From Auanema rhodensis (Eukaryota; Animalia; Nematoda): DNA of 64,000 nt. Made by a program: the position numbers and the translations under genes. The stretch covers positions 12,710,001 to 12,774,000 of the forward strand of contig OZ059899.1 in assembly GCA_964057225.1 (NCBI GenBank), given 5' to 3'. The notes beneath the pieces were generated by a model that was not told the DNA's origin, did no database searches, and saw only the letters and a program-made list of their open reading frames with translations. Below, piece by piece: positions 13,245 to 27,320 of this stretch (positions within the stretch are counted from its first letter, which is position 1; each line of letters begins with the position of its first letter).

Positions 13245-15296
13245 CTTCTCTCTCCTTCTCTCTCTCTCTTTCTATCTATCTATCTATTCTGACTTTAGTC
13301 AATACTCATTAGTTTAAGATCAAAGCTTTTATTACTTATTTCTTTAATATATAAACATATATCGTTTACTTAATATTCTTTTCTTATTATTCTTTTTTTC
13401 TATTTTCAAGCCTACCATTATACATATAGCTTTGGGAATCTTGTTAGACGTCGTATATATGAACGGCGTTTTTGCTTTTTTTTTTCATTTGGCTCTCGCA
13501 TATTCTGTTTTCTCACTCCTCATTCTCATACTCTTCATCATAACTAGCTTTTCTGACTCTCTCGCTACCTTCAGATTCTTTCATGTTCTCTCTCCGTTTT
13601 TCGTTTTTTTCTTTTTTTTTCCATTTCAATGCTCTTCAAGCATAAACACAGACTCTCATACTCTCACACACGCAGAACGTTCGCTCGCGTTTCAGGACCA
13701 CCTACGAGGAAAATCATTTGGCTAGATGGTTGTAGCTCTAGGGTATAGTGAAATACCTTTGATATATGCCGAAATGGAATTAATTGACTTTAAACAGATG
13801 CTAATTGCTTTTTCTATTTCCGCTCTCTCTCTCTTTCTCTCTCTCTCTCCCTCTCTCTCTGTACGTGAAGTCGAGAAGTTGAATGTGAATGAATGTACAA
13901 GTATGTTGTTTTTTCTATTTTCAAAGCATTATCATACACATTTATATATTTGATCTCTTCTCTCTTTATTTCTCTTTCTCTCTCTCTCTCTCTCCCCCTC
14001 TCCCTTTTACCTTTATTTCTTATTCTTTTCAACTGTTTTGGGGATTCGTTTCTTCTACTCTTCTCTCTTTGACTCTCCCTTTCTGTCCTGTCTTACAGCA
14101 TACACTACTATGGGGCTTGTATCTCATTGTTGTTTTATTTGTTTGTCTGGCAATCGTTAGTTTCTGTTTTTTTGCTTTCGTCCACATTCCATCACACTGT
14201 CTTCTAAATCTGCAGCATCGTCGCTGAAATACGGGGAAGACCTGCTCGCTGTTTGAAAACTAGGAGAAAGAGCGAGAGAAAAAGAAGCAGAGTCTGATTC
14301 ATAGATATAGAGAGAAGAAGAGAAGGGTGTTCCCTCTGTATCATGAAGCAGACACATACATTGCCTCAGTGTTGTATATTGTTTCTTCTACTCTCATTTT
14401 TCTTCATTCTTGCTCTTCTCTCTCTCTCCCTCCCTCCCTCTCTCTCTCTCTCTCTCTCTTTGGTGCCATTTCATAACCGTTATTATCATTATCCTCATCA
14501 AATACTCTGCCTAATACTCCTTTTGATACACTTCTTCTCATATTTCAACATCTTAACGTCTCCTCATCAACGTTCGATTTCTGAAACTTGAACACTCTGT
14601 GTCTGGTCAACGTTGGGGTGGGGTGAGAGGACGATGGCCCTGCTGCAGGGATATCCCTGACAGCGACGAACCTTTGATCAAAAATTCATTTATTCTTTTG
14701 AATTAATAGTTTGTTCTTGTATATTTTCTTTTTTTTTTCATTTATATGAAGCCCTTTTCTCTCTCTCTTTCTCTGCTGCTCTTTCTTCCCTTCTCTCTCT
14801 CTATCACTCTTTTTCTACTCTTCCAGCTGTTCAACGTGTTTGAAAGTCAATTGATTGTGCATGTGTGCATGACACTACTTTCCGTTTCCTAGTCTACGAG
14901 ATCGTTCTATCCAAACTTTTTTTGAGAATAAAATAATAAATATCCCTCTCTTTCTCACTGTCCGTCTCCCTCTCTCTCTCTCTTCGTATTCCTCAATCTT
15001 TGACTCAAATACTAATTTTATCTCAAGGATATACTACATCTATGATGGAAATAGCTAATTTTTCTACTTCTAACTTGATTCTATGACTTTGATCAAGTTG
15101 CACAATGCTTGTATCAATCTTACATTTTTTTATTCTTTGATGTCATTATGATGAAGACACAACATTAATCTCATAGATTTGGTAGAAGCTCAAAGTCACA
15201 TCGTTCTATCAAGTATATCCGAAGAAGTTGACTTTCCACTGCTCTCACAGCTATCATCATCAATCCTAGAATGTACCCTATCTGCACTGTGCTAGA

Positions 15297-15352
<56 letters not shown>

Positions 15353-17307
15353 TTCTCTCTTTCTTAGTCCCTCTTATAGACTATCAACATTCTCTCAAAC
15401 ATTAAACTGTCATCATTCCCTTGAATAACCTGTGTATCTTGTGAATCGTACTAGTACGTTGTTGCTGATGCCATGTCACATCACATAACTTCGTCATCAC
15501 GAGGTGGTCCCCCGGTCTTTTCCTCTTTTCCAACAGATTTTTCATTATCGTTGTCACCATTTCTTTTCTCAAAATTCAGATTGACTGTCCAACTAAATCA
15601 GGAAAACCACCAAGATGAAGAAGAAAACAGGGGTGGGGGGATAATTTCTAAGCCGTTTCGGTTAGATAGGTTATCAACTGCACAATTGAACTTTGTTCCA
15701 ATCGAATCTCGATGTCGTCTCGCACATTATTGTCGTCAGCAATTCTCTTTTTCCCTTTTTTGATCGTTTTTTCTAAGAAAAATCTGTTAACATAATGTAC
15801 CCATAACTTGGACGGGTCTTTCCTATCGTGTTTCGCAAAAAATTGGAATTCTATTTAATTGAAAAACTTATTGAAAAGTCAGTTATTGTTCTCTAATCAT
15901 TTCTTATCTGTTATTTGAACCATTTTTCTCTTTTTTTTCTGCCCTTGATGCTTCGAATTCATTTACTTTATCAACAATCTTGCTGGTATTATTTGGTATG
16001 ACACTTGATTCTGTGTTCTGCAGCGTATATTGCAGTCGTTGCGGCGTGAATTGTGTTATGCTATTGATGTTGCAACATCAGCCATAGATCATGAGAATGT
16101 TAGATCTCAAGCTTGTACTGCTACTACGATTACAGCTAGTGCTGCTGATGCTGATGCTGCTGCTGCTGCTGCTGCTGCGTATTATGCTACTAACGACGAG
16201 GGGGAGGAGGGGGAGGTTGATGTTTCTGATGGGGTAACGTTGATTAAGCTTGAATATGAAAGATGTAGATATGAGTTAAAACATAAATAAAAGAGAGATT
16301 GAGAGTGGGGGAGGGCAATAGGAGAGAAAACGTGTCTCATCTTAGCTTCAGCTTAAAAGTAATTTAATATCAAAATGATATGCTTTGATATCTGTATTTG
16401 TGTGTTGTCTCTTATCGTTTTATCTTCAATTTTGATGTTTCTTTTTAAGCTCCACCTCTTTACCGCTTTATCAGCTAGTCGGCACTAATCTCGATCTGAA
16501 TCCCACTGTCACTTTCCTTTCCTATTTGTCTGCCTTGATGCTGTCCCTCCAACCACGTTGGACAACAACATGAAGGAGCTATCGCTGGCTTATTAGCATC
16601 AGCTATATCAATTTTTTCTTTTATGATCCTCAAGCTTTACTCTTTGAACTTGATACAACCTAAGGTATAAGATGTCATCTTATTTGCAAAATTTCGATTA
16701 TTGATGTACGTGAAGCAAGTATGAATGTAAGAGGGAATCTAAGTCAATTCAAAGAGAATCTAGGTGGATCAGTAAGTCAATCTATAACTTCTCATCTGAT
16801 ACTATGCTCTGTTTCCAAACATATTGCATATAGATCTAGCTTGTAATTGATTATTATCTCTATCCATATAGTTGATCTGCTTGAACCATCATCATCCTTC
16901 ATACAGACACATGGAAAGAAGAATGATAGGCTATATGCCTTTCTGTATTTATCATTTCGTTTATCACATCTTATCTTCAATATCACATCTTCATGTGACA
17001 TGTTCGGCATCATACATATACGTGTTTTCCTCTTGAACTTTTGAAAATTCTCTTACATGGAACATATTTTCAACTTTAACAATCGAATCATGCTTGATCA
17101 GGCGGTTGGAAAAAGTTTTAACTTCTCAGTTTTAGAGAGAAATGTTTCCTTGTCTGCAGACATGAATCAAAATGACAATCACGGATAGGCATGGGATGAT
17201 TCTTGATGTTTCTTCCATATGCAACGCATGGGGGCTACTTCATGGTCATTGTTGATAAGCTATATAGTTTACTAGTGATGATAATGAGTAATTTTTAATT
17301 TAACGAG

Positions 17308-17349
17308 TGAAATCAAGCTCGTCAAGCTTCAATGACGAGCTTGATTTCA
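17308..17349. repeat. Perfect 17-bp inverted repeat with 8-nt spacer
   Basis: TGAAATCAAGCTCGTCA-agcttcaa-TGACGAGCTTGATTTCA. Confidence 0.9.
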
Positions 17350-18175
17350 TAGCTGTCATCATCAGGCTAGTCAGACAGTCATCTATTGTCATCGGTAACA
17401 TCTGAGCCTTGAAGGCATCTTCTTCAACATATATTTTTTTCCTGAAAAACCGGTAATATTTATCAATACATACCTGTTGTTGTCTATTTTCTAATTTGTT
17501 TTTTAATTTTTTTTATTTCGCAAACGACTATCATTGGAATATACCTTCCCCTCCATCTCTCTATCTCTCTCTCTCTTTCCCTCCTTCCCTCTCTCTCTCT
17601 CTCGTACCTTTTCTTTCCTCTCTCAACCCACATTCTCTGGTTTTCAGCTTTGCAATTGGTTGGGTCCAACCTAATAAGGATTGGTGTTCTCTCTTATCTT
17701 ATTGTCATTGTCGTTCTATTTTATCCAATTTCACAAAAAAATGATTTGATTTTTGAAGAAAATTTGAAGAAAAACAAATATTGATTGGCTTTTGTCAAGA
17801 AATTCATTTTTTCTTTTTTTTTTGCTAATTTGTTAATTGGAAAAGTAAGCATTGTATCAGGCCAGTTGTTGGTCAGATACCTTTTCATCTCCTTCACGTT
17901 TCCAATGCGAAGGGATAACTGATGGGCTTGTCCGTGTAAAACATTTTTCGAAATTTTTCTCTGCTTCTCTCATTCTCTTGTTTTACCTGATGTTTGACAT
18001 CTAATTTCTCGGTGCATTCCTGCCATTACAACGGATGATTTCCCAAAATTTCGAAGTTGTGAGTGTATCACGTGGACACGTGACATGAACGCATTGACAC
18101 CTGAAGAACGCAGAAACAACTTTTGGAGGTGATGAAGATGTGGTAGACAAGGAACGAGACATATCACGATAGTAA

Positions 18176-18224
<49 letters not shown>

Positions 18225-21200
18225 CAAGATGAAAGAACGGAATATTAGTAGCACGCATCATAGACATACATACACTAGCATCTTGTTGCTTCAGAAAACC
18301 CCCATTAGTGTGTCTACAACTCATCAGTCATGAAGCCGTACATGTTTTTTGTATTTTTCTTTTTCTCTCTTTCCCTCGCTCTCATTTAGTCTCTCGTTCT
18401 CCCCTTCTTCGACTGTCTAGCTATATTCTTCGCTTTTTCTGTCTACATTATGGTCATTTTTTGTTTTTTATTATTCTTATTGATTAGATTTCTTTTGTAT
18501 GAACAATTTGCATTAATTTAATTTTATAGTTGAGCTTTTGCTTATTATCTCTCAAATCTTCCTCGTGATGATTCTCCTCTAATGTTTTTGCTCCTACTCG
18601 TCTACTCACCTTTTCGAACCCATTTACAGCGGCTCGTTCTCAACAATATTGCTCTTAGGCAAGGCAACAATCAGTTTGTTCTGATTACAAATTATCAAAT
18701 TGTCTCTCTATCTCTCTGTATGTCTCTCTCTCTTTCTCTCTCTCTCTCTCTCGAGTGAAAAAATGAAATCTGAAAGTGAATATGCCAGCATTTCCTGCTT
18801 CTAATCATCTTTATCTTATTCTCTTGACATGCGTCTTTGATGATTATTCGAGTGACAGGACGAAACATACGGCTTTTTAAGGACGGAAATCCTTCTCTTC
18901 TTTTGATCGCATTTTTATGATTTTAAAGTCTTGTATAACTTCTCAGTTTTATCGGTCATGAACTATACCTTTGCCCTGTGTGAAAACAAAGTCCAAGGTC
19001 CATACATACTGAAAGAATCGTAGAAGAAGAAGAAGAATAGAGAGAGAGAGGGAGAGAGAGAGAGAGAAAGATAGAGAGAGAGATTCAGTTATCATTTCTT
19101 CCAATTTTCCTTTTTCCTTTCAAATCAAAAAGTCACTAGATAATACTGGTCAGAGAGACATATACACACACAAAACGTTCATATTACCTTGTTTTCCCAC
19201 GTCGTCTGCCTAACGTGCTCACGTGAGAATACGTGAAGGAACAATGTATTGATGACGTTGTTGGAATTTATTTTTCTCGAAATTAATGACCGTGAGCGGT
19301 TGTTCCCCGACATTCGTTTCACCTTTTGTTCTTTTTAGTCTGTAATATACTAGTATACAACATCATTACATAACATACATACAGATTACCTTGTATATTC
19401 GTCTTCCTCTCTCTCTCTCTTCATATCTATCTCTCTCTCTCTTTTCATTCTTTCGCAACTGCCAAAAAAAACATTTTTCACGTGATTCTCCTCATATTTC
19501 GGGAGTTTTTCTATTTTATTTTTTGCACAATCAATAGAAATGGTTAGAATTTTTCTTTTTTTTTTGTACTGCATTGCTGAATATTGAAACAAGTATGATT
19601 TTCACTTCTCTCTACCTCTTCCTCTTTCTCTCTCTCTCTCTCTAGCCCTCTCTCTCTCTTTAACTCTATTTTCTTTTGTAATATCATGGAATATGTGATT
19701 CTTCTTATATATTCCGTAGAAATATCCTATAAACTATTGATGTTATATGATTTATAAACCGATAATACCAATAGTTTGGATAATACAGTACAGCCTAGCT
19801 GTCTGATTGTTGTGAATGCTCTTTGATTCTGAGCAATGTGCATTCAAGTTAGACAGACTTGGTTGATTAAACTACAGTGTTTTATACTCTGATCTCTAAT
19901 ATATTTTGCTTTTACAATGGATATATCATGTATATCTATCTAATTATAGAACTATGTTTCTATGAATATATTCAATTGAGCCCAAACAATTGCTAATTAA
20001 ATTGTTTATTATGTTTATATATGATTGAATATTCTATTTCAGCCTTCTTTTCATCTTTTATTTTATTTTTTTTTTCAAAATTATTAGAAATATTACTATA
20101 TTTAAGATGAAATAGTAGGTAAACCCACTAACTATGCTATGCGAACAGTCATGTGCCTAAGGAGTTTTTCTCTGATTCTCATTCATCTCATCACAGTCCA
20201 TCAATTAACTTTGCAAATTATTTTTTTCTTCCGGCAGATATTAAAGAAATTACTGTCAATTGAATAAACTGGTTATACTAAGTAAAGGAGGGGAAGAACT
20301 AAGAAATGGACGACGAATAGAATATTTTCATGACCATATGATAGAAATGATGATTGAATATGTTGAATATTCGCTCATGAATTTAATGTTTTTCCTTGTT
20401 AAATCATGGCTATTTCACATAGGTGATGTGTATGTGATGTGATGAGATGTGAACTGGGTTCGGGATAACCCTTAGTTCTTCTGGGTGTGTATGTGGCGGT
20501 GTCGGAATGTGTTTGTGTGTGTGTGTGTAGTGGGTGGAGAGAGGATAGGCGAAATGGCTGGTAGAGCAACATCCATTCGTCCGTGACAGTAGTGTTTGAT
20601 ATGTGTTTTAAAAGAAGGAAAGTCAATCTTTCAGTGTAATGCCAGGCTGGACATTGAGAAATTTTTTTTTTGTTCAAGTTTATTGGCATGTGCTCGTTGA
20701 TTTCAAGTTTTATCTTCGACGCAACGTTGATCACCTCATATCGTTTTTTTGATTTTCATCACCAAAAATTCCTGAAAATCATTTTTGCGCACATCTCAAC
20801 ACGTTTTCCATTGACGAATCATGGTGAAAATGGTTTTGATTCAAAGTCTTACCGTCACAGTCACAAAAAGTTGAATCATGTCTCAAGCTTCATACAGTCA
20901 TAGCTCGTCTGTGCACGAGATGTTGCTCATTGTGTTCAAGTTAAGGTTTTTCCGTATTTGTTTGATACTGTCACATATGATTGGATAGATTAATTATATT
21001 GATTATATGATTGTATATACTTCTCTAGTTGTTATTACATAGTTTGATTTGATTTCTATGAAATAGTGCTCACCTCCTTCCTTCTCCTCCTTCAATTTTT
21101 TTATTTATTTTTTTGATTTTTGATCATTACTTTTTAATCAACCAGATCTTTTTTTTCTTTTATTTTCTTTTTTTCTTTTCCATATTCTATATATTTTTAT

Positions 21201-21300
21201 TAATTTTCATTTACTTATACTTTATAATTTTATTTTTAACATTGTTGAATTTGTACCCAAAAACTATCTATCTATCTATTTATTTCTATTTCTCAATCTA

Positions 21301-21376
<76 letters not shown>

Positions 21377-21587
21377 TTACGTCCATCTCTTTTTCACTCT
21401 CTAAGTCTTTATGTCTCTGTCTCGAGGTAATCCCCCAAAACATTTGGCTCCGCCTATGAATGTCTTGGCCACGCCCTATTGCTGGCCTAGTTTTTGTTCC
21501 CGTTACTCTCTCTTTCTCTTGTGATGTACCTCCCAATCTTCATTTCACAACCCCTCTCTGTAACGTTCATGAAGCCTGAAGGTTTGA

Positions 21588-21595
21588 TATAAAAA
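21588..21595 (+). promoter_or_regulatory. Candidate TATA box for the dioxygenase-like gene
   Basis: TATAAAAA ~460 bp upstream of the ATG at 22054. Confidence 0.35.
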
Positions 21596-22053
21596 TATCC
21601 GCCTTTTGCTGAACACTTTTTGATTTTCTGAGCTCACACCTTCTCTTTCACGTAGCCGTCATGGCATCTTGATGCAGTTATGCCAGTAGCAATGGCAGAG
21701 GAGAAGCCTGTGCCATCAAGACAAGTCATTGATAGCCTTGCCCTCGGCAGTTACCTGCTATGATTGTATATCTTATAATGAATTCTTATTCAGTCTATAT
21801 GATATGTATGTATGTCTATGTTTCTAATGCTTTCACCACGTTATGTAACTGGTAACTCCACGTGACTTCACATGTATCTCCTCTTATCACCATTTGTCCG
21901 CCACGGACGATTGTACCAAGGAAATGTGCAAATCACGTGTCATTTTTTCGTTTTCTTGAACGTGTTTTGTAACTTTGTTCATCGTTTCTTTCATTTTACT
22001 TCGTACTCTCGTGTTCCATTCGTTATCATAATTTCAATTTTGTGCTCATTCAG

Positions 22054-24249
22054 ATGTATGCACTCAAATCAGCCCAACGTCTTTCACGGGCTCTCCGTGT
22101 GGAGTGGGAGGATGGACTGTCTGCTCAATTCACTTATGTCTGGCTTCGTGATAACAGTCATCGTCGGCCAAGCTTGCTGCATCTTGACTTGAACACCAAA
22201 CCACAGGTCTGACGTGTTTTCTGGTGTGCTTCTTCATTCAACTTTTTGCTTCTTATTTGAATTTTGGACAAAAGTTGTATCAATAACAAGCCAGATTAGT
22301 AGCAATTACACATGTTTAATTATTTTCAGGAAATTGATTATACTGGCAGAAACCTATCGGTAGTGTGGCCTCCCTTCCTCCCATCATCCTATTCTTCACA
22401 ATTTCTTCGTGAGCATGCTTCCGTCAAACGGGCTCACAATATTGCCAGCCTTCCAGCTACTACTAAGGTCAGTCTTCGTCTTTTTTTTGTTGAAAAAACT
22501 TGTCAAACTCATTCAAATGTCACGTGCTGAGCACATGACATGCATGCTAAGCCATGTATTCTCTTGTTGATTTCATCAAGCAAATCTCTTGCTGTTCGTC
22601 GATCTACAGAGACAGGATGATGATAATGATAAGAAATCACATTAAATTGTCGACAATGAGCTGAAGAATTAAAAGCTGCAACATTTCAGGTTCTCAAGTT
22701 TCCATGGCGTATTCAGCCACGACCATCATACGAGGATATGTCACATATGGCTATGCTACAGTGGGGAGAACGTGCAACGGAATGTGGAACCATCTGGCCT
22801 CACTTCGAACGAGTACGTTAGCAGCTTAGTTGCTTTAAGTTTTCTGTTAGCATTTTATATATAAAAGGATAGACCTAAGTAGATTGAAAAGTTTAGTATC
22901 TTTGAGATGATATCTAAAGGAAAATTATCTATTTTGTTGATTTTTATCAATAAAATTGAATTTCTCTTATCATGAATAATGATAAATTTGGGTTTGTTTC
23001 ATCAACTGATCTTTAATTTTTTTTTTCCATTTTAATGAAAATGCAACTTATTCCATAATATTATTGTTAATCGTATCATCTATTTCATGTTGTTGATGAT
23101 GCTTACTGACATGATGATGAATATCCTTGTTAAGCTATTCTCATTGTAATTCCTTTTCAGGTTCCATCCATAGTATCTGTTGAAACTGAAACTCCTAATG
23201 CCAAAGTGCACCTGGTTGATGCCGTTCAATCTCTTAGTGTTATGGCTCAATGCTATCCTGAACAATTTGAGTTCCTAGCTAGTACTCCAATCGAATATGA
23301 GCATAGCTTCTTCAAAGCTACTCATCGAACGGCTGAAATTCAAGATGGCAAAGTCGTTGCGGTACGTTCTTTTGATTTTTCTAAATGTTTGTATTCCTTC
23401 ACCCACATATATGAGAGGTAGTTACTGATATTTATGATTTTATTAGTTTTTTTCCTCTAGAACTTTCGTTATTTTCTCCAAACAACCAGCTGTACACTAG
23501 TTGTGTGCACAAGCTGTAAGCATACTTCGAAATTTTGCTCAAGTTTCCAATGCTACCACTAGACATGAATCAGATGACTGAATGAATTTGAAAACGTTCA
23601 GCTAGTGGGAACATGTTGCATAGTTCTGCTGTAAGACCAATTTTCAATATATTTCAATTAGATTCCCACTTGTTCAACTTTGTCCTGGGTTAAGTGACTT
23701 TCTCATATTCGCTGGCTGTTCCATACATGCATGATACAACATTAGATAGTTGGACATAGATGAAGATAGGAGTTGAGGACAAACATAACATGGTTGCGAA
23801 CAGTCTCAAGTGCATGAATGTATTTGGAAAAACAAAAAGAAATTTTTTTCATTTTGATATTGCATAGATACCAGTCTAGTGCATGCAGTCTGGTGATGTG
23901 TTTGCCCCCCAGCATACAGCATACAGCATACAGCCTACCGCCAACCTGTACAACCTTTTTGCTGCATGTGCCCCACCCATTCATTGTCACCTCATTCGTC
24001 AAATATTTGATGTTAATGTTTCAATATTTTCAGGCTGTCTTCAATAATGATCTGCGATCAAGTGAAATTACAACAGAATCGTTGGATATGCTCTATAGCA
24101 GCTTGAAGACGTTCAACAAGATTTGCTGTCAACATATGCATACGGTTGTTTTACAGCCGAATGATCTGCTTGTCGTTGACAATGCACAGACGTTTGTGGG
24201 CGCTCCAGCTCAACATGGACGTCGTCTGAGTCTTCGACTCTTCCACTAG
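22054..24249 (+). CDS. Gamma-butyrobetaine dioxygenase (BBOX/TauD)-like protein, 276 aa, predicted catalytically inactive; exons 22054-22206, 22330-22467, 22690-22812, 23161-23361, 24034-24249
   Basis: Five phase-0 exons, all preceded by TTCAG acceptors. N-terminal GBBH-like domain (LRVEWEDGLSAQFTYVWLRDN ... LSVVWP) and TauD-like C-terminus (LVDA...PEQFEFLASTPIEY, VFNNDLRS, LQPNDLLVVDN). Confidence 0.85.
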
Positions 24250-26057
24250 GATCTTCATATTTCATGATTTATTCATATTCCAATCAGCTAATCATATCAT
24301 TGTTAATGATGTGATTGAGCATCTATCCACACATACATCCGTCCATCCATCCATCCAACCATCTATCCATACATCCATCCGCACTACTGACACCGAAGTT
24401 AGCTTCGAATGAAAGATGAAAATCGTTGAGACTCATGTTGCATTGATGAAATCAGAATCATCTCGCTCTCACTCCAGTCGGATAGTACCTCGTATTCTAC
24501 ATAAGGTGTAACCATTCAATTTTTCTTATTGTCTTGATATGTAGTTTCTTGTTTATAACAACTCATCTGACTGTTTCTCAATTCAACCATCATCTCCACC
24601 CTACTACTACTACTCCGCTCCCTCCATCCATCCCCCTGATCCCCTGAGGCGATATGATTGTCTGCGATTTGATGACATTGTTAGGATGCCATTCCATTTA
24701 TTCCAATTCAACTCAGTATTTGTTCTATCCATAATTCTATATTTGATTTTTATTGTTTTCTGCTGAAGCTACGGATTCATGCACCCATCTTCTTTGGCTT
24801 TCTACCTTCTTCCACGATATTCTCTGTAACTGTATCGTATATATAGCAGCATATGCTGCTTCTTATTGTTGTCTGCTACTATTTTTTTGGCACAAAAATC
24901 GTGTCGAAGAAGAAGAAGAAGTAAAAGAAGACGATAGTGTTAAAGGAAGCCATTCTCTCATATCCATATTTGTTATTATGTATTTGCATGAAATCCTATT
25001 CACTGCCCACTATTTGTCTTCAATTCATTGCTCTTTTCTTCTAAATATTTTTGAAAATGCAATGATTTTATTCTTTATATTCTTTGGGAAATATTAGATT
25101 TCCTATTGCCATCGTTCCGTACTTTTTTTTTGCTTAATTGAAGCTTAGAGGAATTTGATTTGATATGAAGGAAAAGCTCTTGAAGCTCTTTCCTCAGTCA
25201 TCTCTGCTGCTTTGACCAGATTTCTCGCTAACTACTTACAACGGCCACATCGACTCGAACATGTTTCTTGTCGTTCAGCACCCCTCCCTTCTGTACTTAC
25301 ACACATTCAAGCCCCAGCTCTTCCATAATGGTGGTGGCTGATCATCTAAGCCACTTCTCTGCTCAGCTTACACGTGGCCATGCTTATTGGCTTGCATCTT
25401 CTATACCCACTTCCCAAATCTGGTTCAGAAGTACTGTTGATGACTGTCTCACTCGTAGCACATTAGATCCTAATCCCAATTTAGTTTGCTTTTAGAGTTT
25501 TTTTTTATTTTATTTAAAATATTTTCTCAAGAAGAATTTGAGGCAAATTGTCTCGCCCATCTTAAACTATATCGAAAAACTAAGAAGTGGCTTATGATTC
25601 TCGCATCTCTCGGATGTGACTGGGGGTTTTCATCCCTAAAGCAGCCCACTTGTTTCATTACTTTGGTCCGTTTTTTGTGACCGTCAACATGAGATTTTCT
25701 GTTTTTTCAAAAATTGATCGTATATCGACTTGTATTTTCTCTTTATTTCTTTAACAAAATCAAAATACCTCCACTTATCTTCATCTTGAGCCTTCTTTTT
25801 CTCTCCTGCCCTTCCTTTAGCCCCTTTCCCTCTACCCACATTTCACCCCTCCCCCCCGTCCCGTTCCCTTATTTTTCATAAAAATTCCCTTTTTCCTGAT
25901 TATGGCTATTATACTAAACGTGTTCTTAACTTATCTCAGGTCAGTGAAGTGTATGTGAAAAAAAAGTTGAATGCCTCCCTCCTTCCCTCCCCTCTCTTTC
26001 TTCGTCCCTCCCTCTCTTTGACCCCCTAACCCCCCTTCTCTCCGATATCTCTGTATA

Positions 26058-26088
<31 letters not shown>

Positions 26089-26384
26089 CTTATAATAAGC
26101 CATATATATCTGTATCTACTTAAAAACTTTTTTTTCACAAACATTTCACTTCTCTTTTCTTGGTCATACGTTCTCATTGTAAATATGTTTTATAGTAAAA
26201 TACCTGAATCACGCATTGTTGATTATATTTCCCATTTGTTTTTCCTTACCCCTCAACTAGCCCCTTCTCTTTCCCTATCTTTTCTCTCTATATCTCTTTC
26301 TCTCTCTCTCTCTCTCTCTCTTCTTCCGTCAACTGTTTTATCATTGTGTGACTGATTTTATTTTCCTTGTATTTTGTATATAAC

Positions 26385-26415
<31 letters not shown>

Positions 26416-26739
26416 CCCATTAGCAGTAACGGATAATGAAGATTCAAGCTTTTATTGCATTTCATATCAGAAAAAGATAAAATATAGCAACATTCAGACA
26501 TACAAATTACAATATATATTGAAAATATTTTGAAATTCAAGATGATACATCAAGTAAAAGGTACAGCTCGGATGAAATGAGGTGTGAAAATATACAAGAA
26601 ACTATAGTAAATGATTAATTAACTGATTATTTTCAAATACAATCGTCTAACTAGCTGACCTCGAGTTTTAACGAATAAAATTAAGCTTTAAACTAGCCTA
26701 AGCTTATATGCACGATCTAGACGGAGAGCTAGGAGAGTC

Positions 26740-26753
26740 GTCGTCAAGGCAAC
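26740..26753 (+). promoter_or_regulatory. X-box (RFX/DAF-19 site) upstream of the ciliary dynein gene
   Basis: GTCGTC-AA-GGCAAC fits the X-box consensus RYYNYY-WW-RRNRAC, ~310 bp upstream of the ATG of an IFT gene. Confidence 0.7.
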
Positions 26754-27064
26754 ACCATACGCAAATCGACTCATTCTTTCTCTCTTTGATGCCTTTTTCA
26801 GTTGCTGGTTAGCAGGTACATATTGTGGTTTAGACAGTTATTAAAGTATTTTTCATAATATTTGATCGTTATAATCATTTATATTTTAATTTTCTTATCT
26901 TTAACTATAATATGTGAATTTCATGTTTTCAAATTCATTTCATTCATCTTTATCGTACTATAAATACAATAATTAATTCATTATATGGTGTAATTATGCT
27001 TTTTATTATAATAAAAACTTAAAAATTGTATTTTATAATTAATTTTCAATCTTTTAGCAATAAA

Positions 27065-27271
27065 ATGGCTGAAAATGAGAAAGGCGATATACGGCGTGTC
27101 TATCTACTACGTGTAGCCAGTCACATTCTCGGATTGAATATAACAGAAGAAAAGTTGAAACAAACACAAGCATTAGATGCTTTCTGTGATACGAACAAGA
27201 CACTTTTAGTTATAAGTCGTGTAGAGGTTAGCTTATATGATATAGTATATCATACACGAGAGAGAGAGAGA

Positions 27272-27320
<49 letters not shown>

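Noticed and set aside
14643-14664. Palindrome CAGGGATATCCCTG
   Set aside because: A 14-bp palindrome can occur by chance in a window this size, and it has no supporting context.
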